Below, in pieces: positions 25,261 through 39,412 of a stretch of DNA of 64,000 nucleotides; the stretch's first letter is position 1, and each line of letters opens with the position of its first letter. The notes below the pieces were generated by a model. It was not told where the DNA came from. It did not search any database and saw only the letters and a list, made by a program, of their open reading frames with translations. The position numbers and the translations under genes were made by a program. The stretch covers positions 159,340,001 to 159,404,000 of the forward strand of contig JANJGN010000005.1 of the NCBI GenBank assembly GCA_026770705.1, read 5' to 3'. Source of the DNA: Isurus oxyrinchus. Lineage: Eukaryota.

Positions 25261-26190
25261 ATAGACTTAAGGAGGATTTTGACAACATGCGGTGAGAAGA
25301 CACTATAAGATCCTCACATCGCATCTGTGAACGTTTGACTCCAGTCTTGCTTATGGCAGCACAAATACTCTGTGATAATGCTCCTGTCATGGAGATGCAG
25401 TGGAGGCCCTCATAGTTGTGCGATTGCAGGAGGATGATGACGAAATGCAGTGAGGGCACTCCATAGGTCTTCACATAGCCTCTGAGAATGTCTGACTGCT
25501 GTCTGGTCGAGGGTAGCTCGCTTGCACTCTTGTGATCAGGGACATATCATAGAGACACAGCCATGAAACTTCAAAAGCATCTGATCCTTTGTCTGCCTAC
25601 AGAATCTGACCCCTTCAGGAGCACAGCATCATTGGTCACAGATGCTGAAGAGATGGGGGGCCAGCCCCACCCTAAAGGTGCTGAGAGCACACAGAGAGAA
25701 TGACAGTACTTTATGACGCTGCCCACAACATTCTGGCAGCAATGACAAGCACCGTCGATATGCAGGCATCACTAATGTGTTCAGAGAATATGAGACTGGA
25801 CTGTCACTTTGGTCTGAAGGCTGCAAAAAGCACGGGGAAGAGGCCCTGGACTCAAGACACCTGCCTTTATCTTGTGCAGAAAGGTTTCACATCTGAATGA
25901 CAGAAACCCTGCTCATCAGAACAAGGAGCCATAGGCAGGGAGACATTCTTGGGAGTTTATCAGCAAAAGTGAACAGTATGTACAGGTGTTTAACACCTGT
26001 GTCCAGGCCGTGCAGCATTTGAATCACAGCCATCCAGTACTACTTACACTTCAAACCAATAGTGCACAGGGCACTGCTGTGAAGAAATTGAGTCTGGGTT
26101 CCTCAGTTGTATGTGACAGAGCTCAAAAAATGCTACCCAGGAAAAGCATGTTTAATGTTTTCATTTACTGGTGAATGATACTGAATAAAA

Positions 26191-29100
26191 GTAGCTCTTC
26201 CTGATTGGGCTCAGGTGCACCTTGTTGCTGCCTGGGTGGGAGCTGTTGCTTTGTGCTGTGCCTGAAGCTGGAAGGAGCCAGGAGTTACTGCTGAGATTTT
26301 GCTGCTTACTGTCTTTTGCCTCGGGCACCTCAGGACTTCTTTATTTCCTGTTTTGCTGCTGCCCAGAGGACACTAAAAGCGTGTAAAACCTCATTGCTGG
26401 TGTTTTTGCTGCAGCTGCAGGGCCTGAAGCATGAAGCCTTGGAGGAGAGAGAGGGAGAGGAGGTACTGCAGGACAGGGAGGCCAGGAGGCTTTACCTAAC
26501 ACCTGAGGTCGCTGTATGGACATTTGTTTGGAGGGGGCAGAAGACAACCTCGTGCTTTATGGGGGGGTGGAGAGAAGACATTTGTAGAGACTTAGGGAGA
26601 AGGGGCGTGTGCGTTCATTTAAGATCTTGCCGCAACCCTACCCCAACCCCGTCACTTCGCTGGTGTCTACGTTCAGTAGCTGGTGCTGCCTGGTGAAAAG
26701 GGATGGTGCCGATTCCTGTGTGCCAGGCAGTGCTGGCTGCCTGGTGAAGACATTGTCCTCCCCCCAAAGGAAGACCAGCAAGGCCCCAATTCCCCCCTAC
26801 TCCACCAAGTGACACCTGCCTGTTCTCCCTCTCCCTCCTCTCCTCTCTGTTTTTGCCATTTCAGAGGGAGAGGTCACAACATCCTTTCCCCTCTCCCCCG
26901 GGTGGGATATTTTTGCATATAGAGCTCAGGCGGCTATGGCTGAGCCCCTAGGGCTGTGACAGGGTTGCCTCCAGCCAGGCCTTCCTGGGCAAGCATGGAG
27001 GCGGTGCTGTCACCGGTGGCGGGGCTCCCCAAGAAAACATGCGGGTGCAGCTGCTTCTGTGGCCCCTCCTGCTTCCACAACCCCATCACCCATCCGTTTC
27101 CTTACTAAGACCCTGGGTGTCGAGCTACACGCACCCCGAAATGACAATCGAAGCGTGTGTTAAGGCTATGGCTGGGGTCCTCTGCCCCTCAGCCATAGTT
27201 GCCGCCTCGAAGATATATAGCAAAGCCATATTTTTCTTGAGGTCAGAATGGGCGGTGCACCTGGCCCTTGAAAAGTGGCTCACTGTGGGACATTACTGGC
27301 AGTGGACCCTTTGGCGAGAGCCCAGAGGATCATAATTTCGAACGTCCCCAGTGAGCTCCTCCTCCCTTCACCTCCATCAACTGGGGGAGGTTAGGTCAGG
27401 GGTCGTACCCATCCTGCTTAGCCTCAAGGAGACAGCTCTCCGCCATGTGCACTCCTTATAGTGCCAGATTTTCATCCGCCTGGCGCAGGAGGAATGCACC
27501 AAGGGGGGCTTTAGTGTTGAGCACGAGGGGGGCCGCCCACCAGGTACTCTGGACTGTGGATGGCCTGCAAGGAGGTGCGGCATGTCCAAAAGCACTGCCC
27601 TGCCTCCAAGGCTGCCAATGTCACATGGGTGGCCGCGGCTGCCACCGCCACTCCTCCCCCCTCCACCATCCCATCTTCCTCTCCACAAGGGTAGGAGCTG
27701 CCACCACCTCAGTTGCCGGCAAGGTGGAGGAAAGAACCCCATGCCAGAAGCATGTGTTGTGCTTCCTGCAGGGAATACCCGCCTCGTGGTCACAGCCCCC
27801 CAAACCTGCCCTGACCCCCCAGACCCTTGAAGACACCGGCTTGAGGTGAAAATAAGTCTTGCAGCCCTGGCGACGTAACTGTGCATGCTCCCTGGCCCAT
27901 GGGGATCTCAATGCCATGTCCTGGGCCTGGCATCGTCCCTGTGCAGGTTCCTGGGTCCAGCAGCAAAGGGGCAAGTGATCCTGAGCCGGTGATCCTCAAG
28001 AAAATTGACCTGCTCATACCCCAGAGGGCAGAGCAACTTGGGGGGGTGAGAGGGTGGGCTGGTGGAGGCCTTGGAGATGGAGGTCTCAGCAACACCCAGC
28101 CTACCCCAGAAGAGGTGCCACACCTTGGAAGGGGATCGTGAGGTCCACTGTGTTTCCTCCCCTGGTGAAAAGGTGGTGGCTTTTCAGCCCCAGAAATCCT
28201 TGCTCTGCCCTCTGAGGGAGCCCAGATCCCTGACTCTCGCTGCAGTCCCCTGAGCAGGGCCCCTCGGGAGTTAGTGAGTCCATCACCCTTGCAGTGGTGC
28301 CCCACCCTGACCCACCTTATATCCCCAAAATGCCATCTGGCGTGGCAGTCCATTCATGGCCCCAGTGGTGGGTCATCGGGCAGCAGTGGCGAGGAAGGTA
28401 TCCCTGCTCCCTCCCGACCTTCAGCTCCGGGCGGCTCCATCCAGATCTTTATCCGGACTCGCCAGGCCACCCGGTGCCTGAGGAGGAGTGGGGCTCTGAG
28501 CCGCTGCCAACCTTTGGCCAACATCCCCAAGAGGACACCAGAGAGGACCCCTCTGCCCTTTATTCTGGTGGCAGCTCTGAACCAACCCCCGTACTCGATA
28601 TGGGGAAGGGGTTGGAAGCTGGAGGCGATGACCTGGGGATGGACGGGATTTAGGTGGCGAGCACCGGGGAGGACTTAGAGTTGCTGTCTGGTGAGGAAGT
28701 GTCTCCTGGTGTCCCCCCATCGATTCTCCCCTCATCCCTGTACGGGAGCCCCAGCATTTTCTAGCGAGCAATCGCAGTCATCAAGACAGTGTCCAGTTGG
28801 CCTTGGACCGGTGGCATTCTTTTCTGCTGGTGTTCTGCTCCGCCCATGAGGCTCTCAAGGCCCCTGGGCTGGACCAGAAAGCCAAACTGAGGGTATTTAC
28901 ACTTCTTGCGGAGTGGAAGGTTTAAAAAATCCCCTCCTCCTTGCACTTTGCACTAGGTGATGGTAGCACTTATTTCTGGAAATGAAGACAACCATAGCTT
29001 GCTCTAACATCAACGGCAGCAGGGACGCATAGCGCAGTTTCCAGAACTTCTCGGTCCTCAGGGGCAGGAAGTAAGTGGTGTGCTTCCTGCAGGAAACCAT

Positions 29101-32100
29101 ACCATTTCGGGAGTTAGAGCTACATGGCTCCTGGAGTAGCGAGGGGGGGATCTGCATGAGTCCCTTGCCTCCAATTCTGGCGGGGTGGCTATCTTATTGG
29201 CTCCACATTTTAAGCTGGAGATATTGAGGGCCAAGGAGCCGGTGCCAGGCAGGTTGCTGCACCTTACTGTGTGCCTAGGGGGTGCGGCACTTCACTTCGT
29301 GAATGTGTATGTTCCCCTGGGCTCACAGCAGCAAGCGAGCTTCTTTGAGGAAGTGTCCACTCATCTGGGCTCCATTGACGCGGGCGATGCATTGTCCTCA
29401 GGGGGGATTTCAACTGTATCCTTGAGGCCCGGGACCGTCACAGTACCCAGCACCGCATGCCAGGTGTGAGTAAGTTGAGGGACCTGGTGGGTGCCTGGCG
29501 GCATCTCCATCCTGACTCCAGCATTTTCACTTTCGTGCCAGAGTGTCCACACTGCACTCAGACGGGCTCCACGTACGGGCACTTTATCAACCTGCTGCTG
29601 GGGGTGTGTGGTGCCTGGACTCGTTCCATCATTTCTGGGCTGGCTGGAGAAGAAAGCAGGGAAGCTTCCCCTCCTTGAGGCTATGGCGGGACGTGGGCAA
29701 GGCTCACGCTCGCATCTTCTGTTAGGAGTACGTGAGGGGGCCGACAAAGAGGTGGAAACCCAGGATTGAGGAGTAGGAGAAGGAGGTGTCCGACCTGGAG
29801 GCACGTCTCCGTCAGCCCGACGCGGACATGGCCCTGCGGCTGGCGTACAAAGAGAAGGGTGCGCTGCAGGAGCTGCAACTCATCGGGTCTCACGGCGCGT
29901 ACGAGATCGCAGATCCTTCCCCAAGGACCTGGACCGCAACTTCCCCCTTCCCGCTGAAAATAAGGCATGAGGTCCGTCAGCAGCTACTTACGCTGGTGGC
30001 TGATGACGGATCCCTTGTCTCAGATCCGGAGGCCATCAGGGCCATTGCCAAAATCTATTAAACTGCCCTGTTCTCTCTGGATCTGTCCAGCGAGGATGCT
30101 CGCAGAGTCTTGTGGGAGGACCTACCGCAGGTCAGCCCGGAAGGCGCGAGAAAGTTTGACTCCCCTATAAGTCTGGGGAAGCTGACTGGTGCCCTCGACA
30201 GCCTCTCCAGGGGTAAGTCCCCAGGGCTGGACGGGCTGACTGTGGAGTTCTTCAGGGCATTCTGGGAAGTCCTGGGGAACGACCACGTGGGGGTCCTGGG
30301 GGAAGAGTATCGTGACTGGGGAGATGCCCCTCTCGTAGCGCAGGACGGTCATTGCCCTGCTGCCCAAGAGGGGCATCTCCACCAGCTTAAGAATTGGCGC
30401 CTGGTCTCCCTCCTCAGCATGGATTACAAGATCTTTGCCAGGACAATATTTTCTCGCCTTGGCACTGTGTTAGGCCACATGATCCACCCTGACCAGTCCT
30501 ACACCGTCCCAGGACGGACCATGTTTAATAATATCCATCTGGTCTGGGACATCATCCACTTTTTCCAGAGAACTGGACTGTTGAGTGCCTTCCTGTTTCT
30601 TGACCAGGAGAAGGCATTCGACAGGATGGATCACGAATATTTATTCGGGACTCTGCGAGCATTCAGGTTCAGGGTGCATTTCGTCACCTGGATCCGACTT
30701 CTGTACACCACCGCGGAGTGTCTAGTGAAGGTTAACAGGTCCCTGATGGCGCCCCTTCACTTTGGCAGAGGAGTGCGTCAGGGCTGCCCCCTCCCCGTCT
30801 AGCCAATTGTATTCTATTTGCGTGGAGTTTTTCCTGCGCCTCTTGTGGAGGAGGTTGTCGGGATTGGTTCTGCGCAGGCCGAGCATTGGGGTTGTCCTCT
30901 CACCTTACACCGATGATGTGCTCCTCACATTCTCCAACTCGGCTGACTTGCGAGTGCCAGGAGGTCTTGTCTGCCGTGTCCTCCACCAGGATCAGCTGGA
31001 GCAAGTGTTCTGGACTTCTGGTCGGTCGGTGGCAGATGGATCCCCTGCCCAAAGAGCTCAGGCCTTTCACTTGGAGCAGGACCAGTCTCCTCTACCTGGG
31101 GGTCTATCTCTGCCCTGCTGAGGAATCCTGGCCGGCAAACTGGCAGGAACTGGAGGCTAAAGTCATCACTCAACTGCGACGCTGGACAGGACTGCTCCGA
31201 GTGCTGTCTTACCGGGGTCGAGTACTAGTCATAAACCAGCTGATTGCTGCCATGTTGTGGTACCGGCTGGTCACTTTGACCCCTCCTCTGGACTTTGTCA
31301 CAAAAATCCAGAGAATGCTTGTTGATTTCTTCTGGGACAAAAGGCTGCACTGGGTCACTGCTGAGGTACTGAATCTCCTGCTTAGGGAGAGTGGGCAGGC
31401 ACTGGTGTGCCTACGCACATAGGTGGCGACCTGCCGCCTTCAGACCCTGCAGCGATACCTTTACGTCGAGCCCCCTCCGAGATGATGTGCCCTGGTGACC
31501 TATTTTTTCCGCCAGGTGTATGGCTTGAATTATGACATGCAGCTCCTGTTTATAGAGCAGAGGGGCCTCGGTGGATCCTTGCAGGCGTTGCCCGTATTTT
31601 ACCAGGACCTGATCAAAGTCTGGAACATGGTTGCCTCGTGTCGCAGCTCCCCGCCATCAGGTGTAGTGGCTATCATCAGAGAACTGCTCAGGAATCCGCA
31701 CCTCCGCCATTTTTGGTGGCTGGTGGAGAGGAGGGCTGTGGCTGCCAGGGTGACAAGGATCAGGGATGTGCTGGGTGGCAGAGGAGTGGGCTGGATGATT
31801 CCACAGGAGTTGTCGCATCGCGCATCGGTGGACGTCTGGCTCACGGCTAATGCCATCCATGGCCTTAGGATGGCCGTGCTCGGTCCCGACGTCATTCTGG
31901 GTCTTGAGATAGCGCACGTGCATGATGGTCTTCTGTCTGAGCATACCCCTGTTCAGATGGAATTCCACATTGGTCCAAAATCATGAACACTCCCTCAGGA
32001 GCCGGAGCCCGCAAACTGAGTCACCTTGAGGAAATGCCCTCTGTGTCCTTTGGCGCGGAGGGGTTTCCTGTACAGGCTGCTGCTGCACACCCTTCACGTC

Positions 32101-32796
32101 ATTGCCCTATCCCGCTGCTTCACCTTGTTGCCATCTGGCAGCGGAGGCCCCCAGTGGGGGTTCCTCTACGGGTTGTTCTCCTACTTTCCATCAGGGACCT
32201 GGAGTGGAAGGTGTTGCACGCAGCAGTCCCATAAAATCGTTGCATGTGTCGGTTCACGGACTTCCAAAATGCCTGCCTTTTTTGCAGCCTTGTGGAGTCC
32301 ATGGACCATGCTTATATAAGTTGTTTTAGGTTGCACCCCCTTTTTAGTTATTTGAAGAACCGTTTATTGTTTTGTTTGCGTGTTAGTCCCATGCTCCTGA
32401 TCTACAGGCACCCAGTGCAGAGAGGAGTGGGGAGGGAGGAGGACCTCCTCGTGAACCTGTTCCTGGGCCTTGCCAAGTTGACCATGAACAAGCCCAGGCA
32501 GCGGGTGATCGAGGGGGTCGTCTGGCCCGCCTGTCTGCCCCTCTTCCACGGCTACGTTCGTGGCCGGGCATCCCTGGAGAGGGAGCACTTGCTGTCCACC
32601 GGCACCATCGAGGCCTTCCATGCTCGGTGGGCACAGCAGGGACTAGGGTGTTTTATTGACCCTCTTCACATTTTGGTTTGATGTTTGTAAGTTTTCTTCA
32701 AATTTTGTCTTTGTTTTTGCAGTTTTCCTTTAAGGGGCTGCTTTTTAATTTGTCTCTGATTTTGTTAATTTAGCTTATTTGCTTTGGCTCAAAAGA
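26191..32796 (+). mobile_element. Tx1-clade LINE copy 1 (near full length, decayed): 5' UTR, ORF1 ~26936-28955, ORF2 28982-32681
   Basis: ORF1 AIVAASKIYSKAIFFL; APE motifs SNING, LQET; RT motifs KSPGLDGLTVEFF, LDQEKAFDR, GVRQGCPL; C-terminal CLFC..ESMDH...C. Confidence 0.92.
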
Positions 32797-35700
32797 GTTG
32801 CACCTTCTTGATAGGAATCAGACGCAGCTAGTTACTGCTGAGTTGCTGCTCTTGCTGCTGCTTTGGATCGGAAGGCAAGAACAAGAAAACATCTTTCCTG
32901 GGGCGCTTACCTATCTGATGAGAGAAGGGAAGGAAAAAACAGAACACTGCTGATAAGGGAGGAGAACTGCTGCTCTTGGAGGTGGCCTATAGAGAGAGGC
33001 CTCAGGCCTTGGACCTAGCCCCATTTGCACAGAGAAGACCAAGTGGGAGGAAGTCGCATCTGGACCAAAATCTGTTGTGACGTCAAGAGATGGGTGTTGT
33101 GGACCTGAGTGGGGGAGGGTGGGTGGAAGATTTCTGTCCAGGGGATCATTGTGCTGACAGGAGCTGGCGGAAGAGCAAATAATACTGGTGGGGTGTGGCT
33201 GTGTTTGTGGACTTTCTTTTTGACATCTTGTGACTATTTGCACCCACCTCACCCTTCGCCTTCCTTTCAAGTTCAGGCTAGCTGGGGCTGCTTGGTGAAT
33301 AATACCATCTGTCTCTAAGACTCTGTGCTGGGCAGTTCTAGCTACCCGGATGAAGACGCTTGCTTCCCTCTGTCCAAAAACATTTTATTGTGCAGGAACC
33401 ACCTACCCACCAGTGGCACCCGACCACCTTGTGACATTCCATCCTCCTGTTCCCTCCTCCCTTTCTACCCTCCTCTCTCTGACCTTTGTTGTTTGGAGAG
33501 TACATTTCCCAACCTTATCTCCCTGTATTATATTAATATCAATAACATTTTAGGGTGGCTGTGGCTCCGATAGCCCATGGCTACACCATTTCCAGTGGTG
33601 GCCAGGCCATTGAAAACCACCTATACGAAAGAGGTAGTTTCTCCATCTCATGCCGCTCCCATGGCCCTGTCACCTTTTCGTCTGGTGACTCGGGGGCGTG
33701 GTGTTAAAAGCTACACCCACCCTGATGTGTCTATTGAGGCCGGCGTGAAGACAATGGCCGGGGTTGTCAGCCCATCGGCCACTTTTGTGGCCTCTAAAAT
33801 GTATGGCAAGGCCATGTTCTTTCTGGTCCAAGTGGGTTGTGCACCTGATCCTGGAAAAGGGGCTTACTGTGAGCGAGTCCTTTCTGGCGGTGGGTCCTCT
33901 TGAGGCCACCGACCAGAGACTTGTATGTCCAACGTCCTGCCCTTTGTCAGTGAGCTCCTCCTTCCCCACCTCTTATCTACTGAGGGAGGTCAGTTCCGAA
34001 ATTGCGCTAACCCTGCTCAGCCCGCATAGATTCCTTTTGGCACCAAGCATTTGTGCGTCTGACCTGGGAGGAGTGCATGGAGGGGGGGGCTTCAGTGTAG
34101 AGCATGAGGGGGTCGCCTACAGGGTCTTCTGGAATGCAGTTGGTGTGCGGTGCCATGCCTGAAAGGAGGTGGGGCGCATCTGAAAGAACTGTCCCACCTC
34201 CAAGGCCACCAACGTCACTGAGGTGGCAGCTCCACACCAATCCCCGCCAGCACTCCAATTACAAGGGGATGTGACACCGGATGCTGGCGAGACCAAGGGA
34301 AAGAAGGTGCAGAGGAAGACCAAGCATCTAGAGGCTGCTTCCAAACTCATTCCCAACCCCAGCCTGAACCCCAGAACCCCCCCAAGACACAGGCTCAGGG
34401 GAGAAAACAACATATGGCCCTGGCGATGTAACCACGCGTGCTCCTGGGCCCATAGGCATCTCAGCACTAAGTGCTGGGCCAGGTGTCGTCCCTGCGCGGG
34501 TTCCCAGGTCCACTCGCGATGGAGCATGAGACCCCGAGCCAGTGGTCATCCTCAGAAGGATTGACCAGCCAAAACCCCAGAGTGCGGAGCGCCTGGAGGC
34601 AGTGGAGGCCTCACAGATGGAGGTCTCCCCAGCCTATCCCTTGGAGGGGGGAGGATCTCGTGACTTGTAAGGTCAAATGTGACTCCTGCCCCGATGAAAA
34701 GGTAGGAGCATCTCCACCTTGCTAGTCCTCGCTCTGCTCACTGAGTGGGGCCTAAAACAATGACTCCTTGCCACAGTTCCCTGAGCAGGGCCCGTCGGGG
34801 GTCAGTGAGAGTAACACGCTTGCGATGGTACCCCACCCCGACCCACCTTGCATTCCCGAGATGCCAACTGGCCCCCAAGGGCACTGCAGCAGTTGTTTTA
34901 CTGCCCCAAGCACTGGGCCATCGGGCAGCGGTGGTGAGGAAGGCCTCCCTGCTCCCTCCCAACCTTTAGCGCCAGGCGCCTCCATCCTCAATCCAGAGTT
35001 TTCTCTGGACTCATTGGCCGACTTGGCGCCTGGAGTGGAGCGAGATTCTGAGCTGCTGCCACCCTGTGGCCCAGAACCGGAACTGGAGACCAGAGAGGAC
35101 CCCCTCTGCCCTTGATCCTGGGGGTGGGATTAAGGGGGAGGTGGAGCTGACTGGCAGTTCCAAACTAGCCCCCATACTCAACACGGGGGAAGGAGTTGGA
35201 AGCTGAAGGTAATGACCCAAAGGAGGATGGCGTTTCGGTGGTGAGCACTGGGGGTGACTTAGAGTCGTTGACGGGTGAGGTGGTGGATCCCCTGGTACCT
35301 CCCATCGATTCTCCCCTCATCCCAGTACGGGAGCTCTAGGATTTTTTAGCAAGTAATCATGGTCGCCGAACAGAGTCCAGTTGGTCTTGGACCGGTGGCA
35401 TTCATTTGCACTAGTGTTCTGGTCCGTCCATGAGGCCCTCAAGGCCCTCGGACTGGACCGGAATACCAAGTGGAGGGTCCACGTGTTTTTCACTGGGCCC
35501 CTGAAGGAGAGGAAGACTTAGTATTTCTCTCCTTCCACTATCTGAGGTGTTGGTGATGGGTTAAACACTTCTGATAATGAAGAGTACTATAGCTAGCCTT
35601 AGTATCAAAGGCAGGAGTGACACACAGCACGGGTTCCAGAACTTCTCAGTCCTCAGGGATGGGAGGTATGCGGTGTGCTTCCTGCAGGAAACCCATAGTA

Positions 35701-38272
35701 TTCCAGGATTCAAAGCTACGTAGTTCCTGGAGTGGCTAGGGGGGATCTACATGAATCACCTAGCCTCCAATTCTTATTAGCCGCACATTTTCAGCCAGAG
35801 ATAATGAGTGTCAAGGAGTCAGTGCCAGGCTAGTTGCTGCACACTATTGTGCGCCTAGAGGGTGAGGCACTTCACTTTCTGAACTTGGTGCGCAGCAGCA
35901 AGCGAGCTTCTTTGAGGAAGCATCCACTCATCTTGACTCCATCGACTCGGGCAAGTGCATTCTCCTTGTGTGGGGGTGTACCCTTGGGGCCAGGGACCGT
36001 CTCAGTGCCCAGCACCTAAGTTGAGTGCCCTGGTCTTCAACTTGGTGAATACCTGGCAACATCTCCATCCTGACTCCAGCCTTTTCACTTTCGTGCCACC
36101 TGAAGTTGGAGTGTCCAGATGCGACCGCCTTTATATTTCCAAGGCATTGCTGCCCTGTGTTCCATCGGCTTCAGTGCAGCAAGTGCCGTGCACAGACCAC
36201 CGCCTGAAGTGGGTGAAACTTGGTCCTTTCTGCGCTCAACTGGGGTCCATGTACCGGCACTTCAACAACCTGCTGCTGATGGATGAGTGGTTCCTGGACT
36301 CGTTCCGTCATTTCTGGGCCAGCTGGTAAAGGAACTGGGGAGGCTTCCCCTCTTTGAGGCTATGTTGGGATGTGGGCAAGGCTCACGTCCGCATCTTCTG
36401 TCAGGAGTACGCAAGGGGGTCGACAAAGAGACGGAAACCCAGGATTGAGGCGTTGGAGAAGGAGGTGCTCAACCTGGAAGCACGTCTCCGTCAGCCCGAT
36501 GAGGACCCGGCCCTGTGGCTGGCATACAAAGAGAAGAAGGCAACTCGCCGGGTCCCGCAGTGTGTTTGTGAGGTCGTGGATCCGGTTCCTTAAGGACCTG
36601 TACCGTGGCTCCTTCTCGCTAGAAAGAAGGCACGGAGTCCGTCAGCAGCTCCTTACACTGTTGGCCAATGACGGATCCCTTGTTTTTGATCCGGAGGGCA
36701 TCAGGGCCGTTGCCGGAGCCTACTACACTGCCCTGTTCTCTTCGGATCTGTTCAGCGAGGATGTTCGCAGAGGTTTGTGGGAGGGCCTGCCACAGGTTGG
36801 CCCAGAGGGCGCTGGACAGCTTGACTCCCCTAATAAGTCTGGGGGACCTGACTGGCTCCCTTGACAGCCTCTCCAGGGCCAAGTCCCCAGGCTGGGTGGG
36901 CTGACCTGCAGCCCTTCAGAGCATTCTGGGACCTCCTGGGAAACAACTACGTGGTAGTCCTGGGGGAGAGTATCGTGACCAGGGAGATGTCCCTCTTGTG
37001 GTGCACGGCTGTTATTGCCCTGCTGCCGAAGAGGAGGGATCTGCGCCATCTTAAGAACTCAAATCCGGTCTCAATCCCCAGCAGGAATTACAAAATCTTT
37101 GCCAGGGGAATGTCTTCTCTCCTAGATAGTCCCAGGCCGGACCATTTTTGATAATATCCACCAGGTCAGTCTCAGACCTGAGGGGCATTCGTGGTTCCTT
37201 GCAGGTGTTGCCTGTCTTTTACCAGGACCTGATCAAAGTCTGGAACATGGTCGCCTCGCACCGCAGTTCCTCACCATCAGGAGTAGCAGCTATCATCAGA
37301 GAACCACTGCTGAGGAATCCACACCTCTACCACTTTCGGTGGCTGGTTGAGAGGAGGGCTGTGGCTGCTGGGGTGACCAGGATCAGGGACGTGCTGGGTG
37401 GCAGAGGAGTGGGCTGGGTGCTCCCACAGGAGTTGGTGCATTACAGCCATCCATGACCTTAGGACGTCGTCATTCTGGGGCTCAAGATGGTGTGGGTGAG
37501 TGATGGTCTTCCATCCGAGCACAGCACTTTTCAGACGGATTTCCACAATGGCCCCAAGCCCTGAACCTTCCCTCAGGAGCTGCAGCCCCACAACCTGAGT
37601 CACCTCACAGAAATACCCCCCCCCACCCCGGGAGTCCTACATGGGAGCCCTCCCCCTTTCCATCGGGGAGCTGGGTGGAGAGTGTTGCGTGCGGCAGTCC
37701 CATACAATCGTTGGACGTGTCGGTTCACACTCTCAAGATGCCTGCACTTTTTTTGAGACCTTGTGGAGTCTGTGGACCATGAATATGTAAGTTGTTGTAG
37801 GCTGCACTCCCTTTATGGTTTTTTGAAAAACCTTTTGCTTTTGTTTGCGTTTCAGTCCCGCTCTCCTGATCTACAGGCACCCGGTACGGAGTGGGGCGGG
37901 GAGGGAGGAGGATCCCCTCGTGAACCTGCTCCTGGGCCTGGCCATGTTGGTCGTTAACAGGTCCAGGCAGCGGGCAATCGAGGTGGATGTCCGACCCAAC
38001 TGTCTGCCCCTCTTCCACGGTGACGTTCGCGGCCGGGTGTCCCTGGAGAGAGAGCGCGTGGTGTCCGCTGACACTGTTGAGACCTTCCATGCTTGGTGGG
38101 CACCGCAGGGAATGGGGTGCTTTATAGACCCCTTTAATCACATTGTGGCTTAATGTTTGTAAGTTTCTTTTAGATTTTGTCTTTCGTTTCTGCAGTTTCC
38201 CCTTAAGAGTCTGCCTTTTAATTTCTCCCTTGATTTGTTAATTTAGTTTATTTGTTTTGTAACTCAAAAAGA
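32797..38272 (+). mobile_element. Tx1-clade LINE copy 2: ORF1 from 33577, ORF2 35577-38153 with an internal deletion near 37165
   Basis: Colinear with copy 1; ASKMYGKAMFF, TDHR, FYQDLIKVWNMV, GCFIDPFNHI*. Confidence 0.9.
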
Positions 38273-39179
38273 GTTACATCTTCTTGATTGGATACAGGTG
38301 TGCCTCGCTGCTGCCTGAGCTGTGGCTGTGGCTGGAGATGGAAGGAGCCAGGAGCTGCTGCTGTTGTTGCTCTTCTCTAACATCATTGGACTCTTGTCTG
38401 TTTTCAGACCCTCCAGACTCTGTACAACTGTTGCTGCTACTACTCAGAAGACAGCCTCCCAGTAAAACCTGCTGCTGCTTATATTAGGGCTGCAGGGCCA
38501 TGGAGCCTGCAAGGCCTGAAGCCTACTAAGGAATTGGAGGAGAGAGAGTGAAGACAGTGCTGCAAGACGGAGAGGCCAGGAGGCAGGCATTTAATTACAA
38601 ATACCAGAGGTGGGTGTCTGAGCTCCTGTTTGGTGGGGGCCAAAGAGATGTCATGTGCTTTATGGGGTGAGGACAAGGAAACTTGAAAGACCTGGGGAGA
38701 TGGGGTTTCTCTGTGCTCTTAGCCCCCCAGCCCCCTCCTTCCCTCCTCCCTTTGTGCTCAAGTCCAGGTAGCTGGTGCTGCCTGGCGAAGAAGGATTACG
38801 CTGGCTTCTCTGTGCCAGGCAGTGCCGGCTGCCTGGTGAAGGTATCATTGCCCTCCCCAAAGCCCACCTTACTAGAAGAACAGCGGGCCCCCACCCCACC
38901 CCACCTAGAGATATCCACCCACCGTGCATCCTCTATTCTCTCCCTCCTGTGTCTCCCTGCCCTCCCCTCCCTATTTTACTACATAGAGGCCACACCATCC
39001 TTTTTCCCCTTTCCCCATAGTGGAATATAGGCATCAAAATCTGAAGGAGTTCAGGGTGGGTGTAACTCATCCCCTATGGCTGATGCAGAATCACCAGTGG
39101 CCAGGCCCTCCGGGTGACTGTGGAGGCAGATTCATCACTAGTGGCGGGGCCCCCCAAAAAAGCACATGCGGGAATAGCT

Positions 39180-39412
39180 AAAAGCAAAATACTGCGGGTG
39201 CTGGAAATCTGAAACAAAAACAAAATTTGCTGGAAAAACTCAGCAGGTCTGACAGCATCTGTGGAGAGATAGACAGAGTTAACGTTTCGAGTCTGTATGA
39301 CTTGAAGAAGAGTTCTGTAGAAGAGTCATACGGACTCGAAATGTTAACTTTGTCTTTCTCTCCACAGATGCTGTCAGACCTACTGAGTTTTTCCAGCAAT
39401 TTTTCTTTTTGT
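39180..39412. mobile_element. non-coding fold-back mini-Penelope element inserted in Tx1 copy 3
   Basis: Two inverted copies of the Penelope terminus; 13-bp TSD tgcgggaatagct at 39167-39179 and 39413-39425. Confidence 0.88.
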
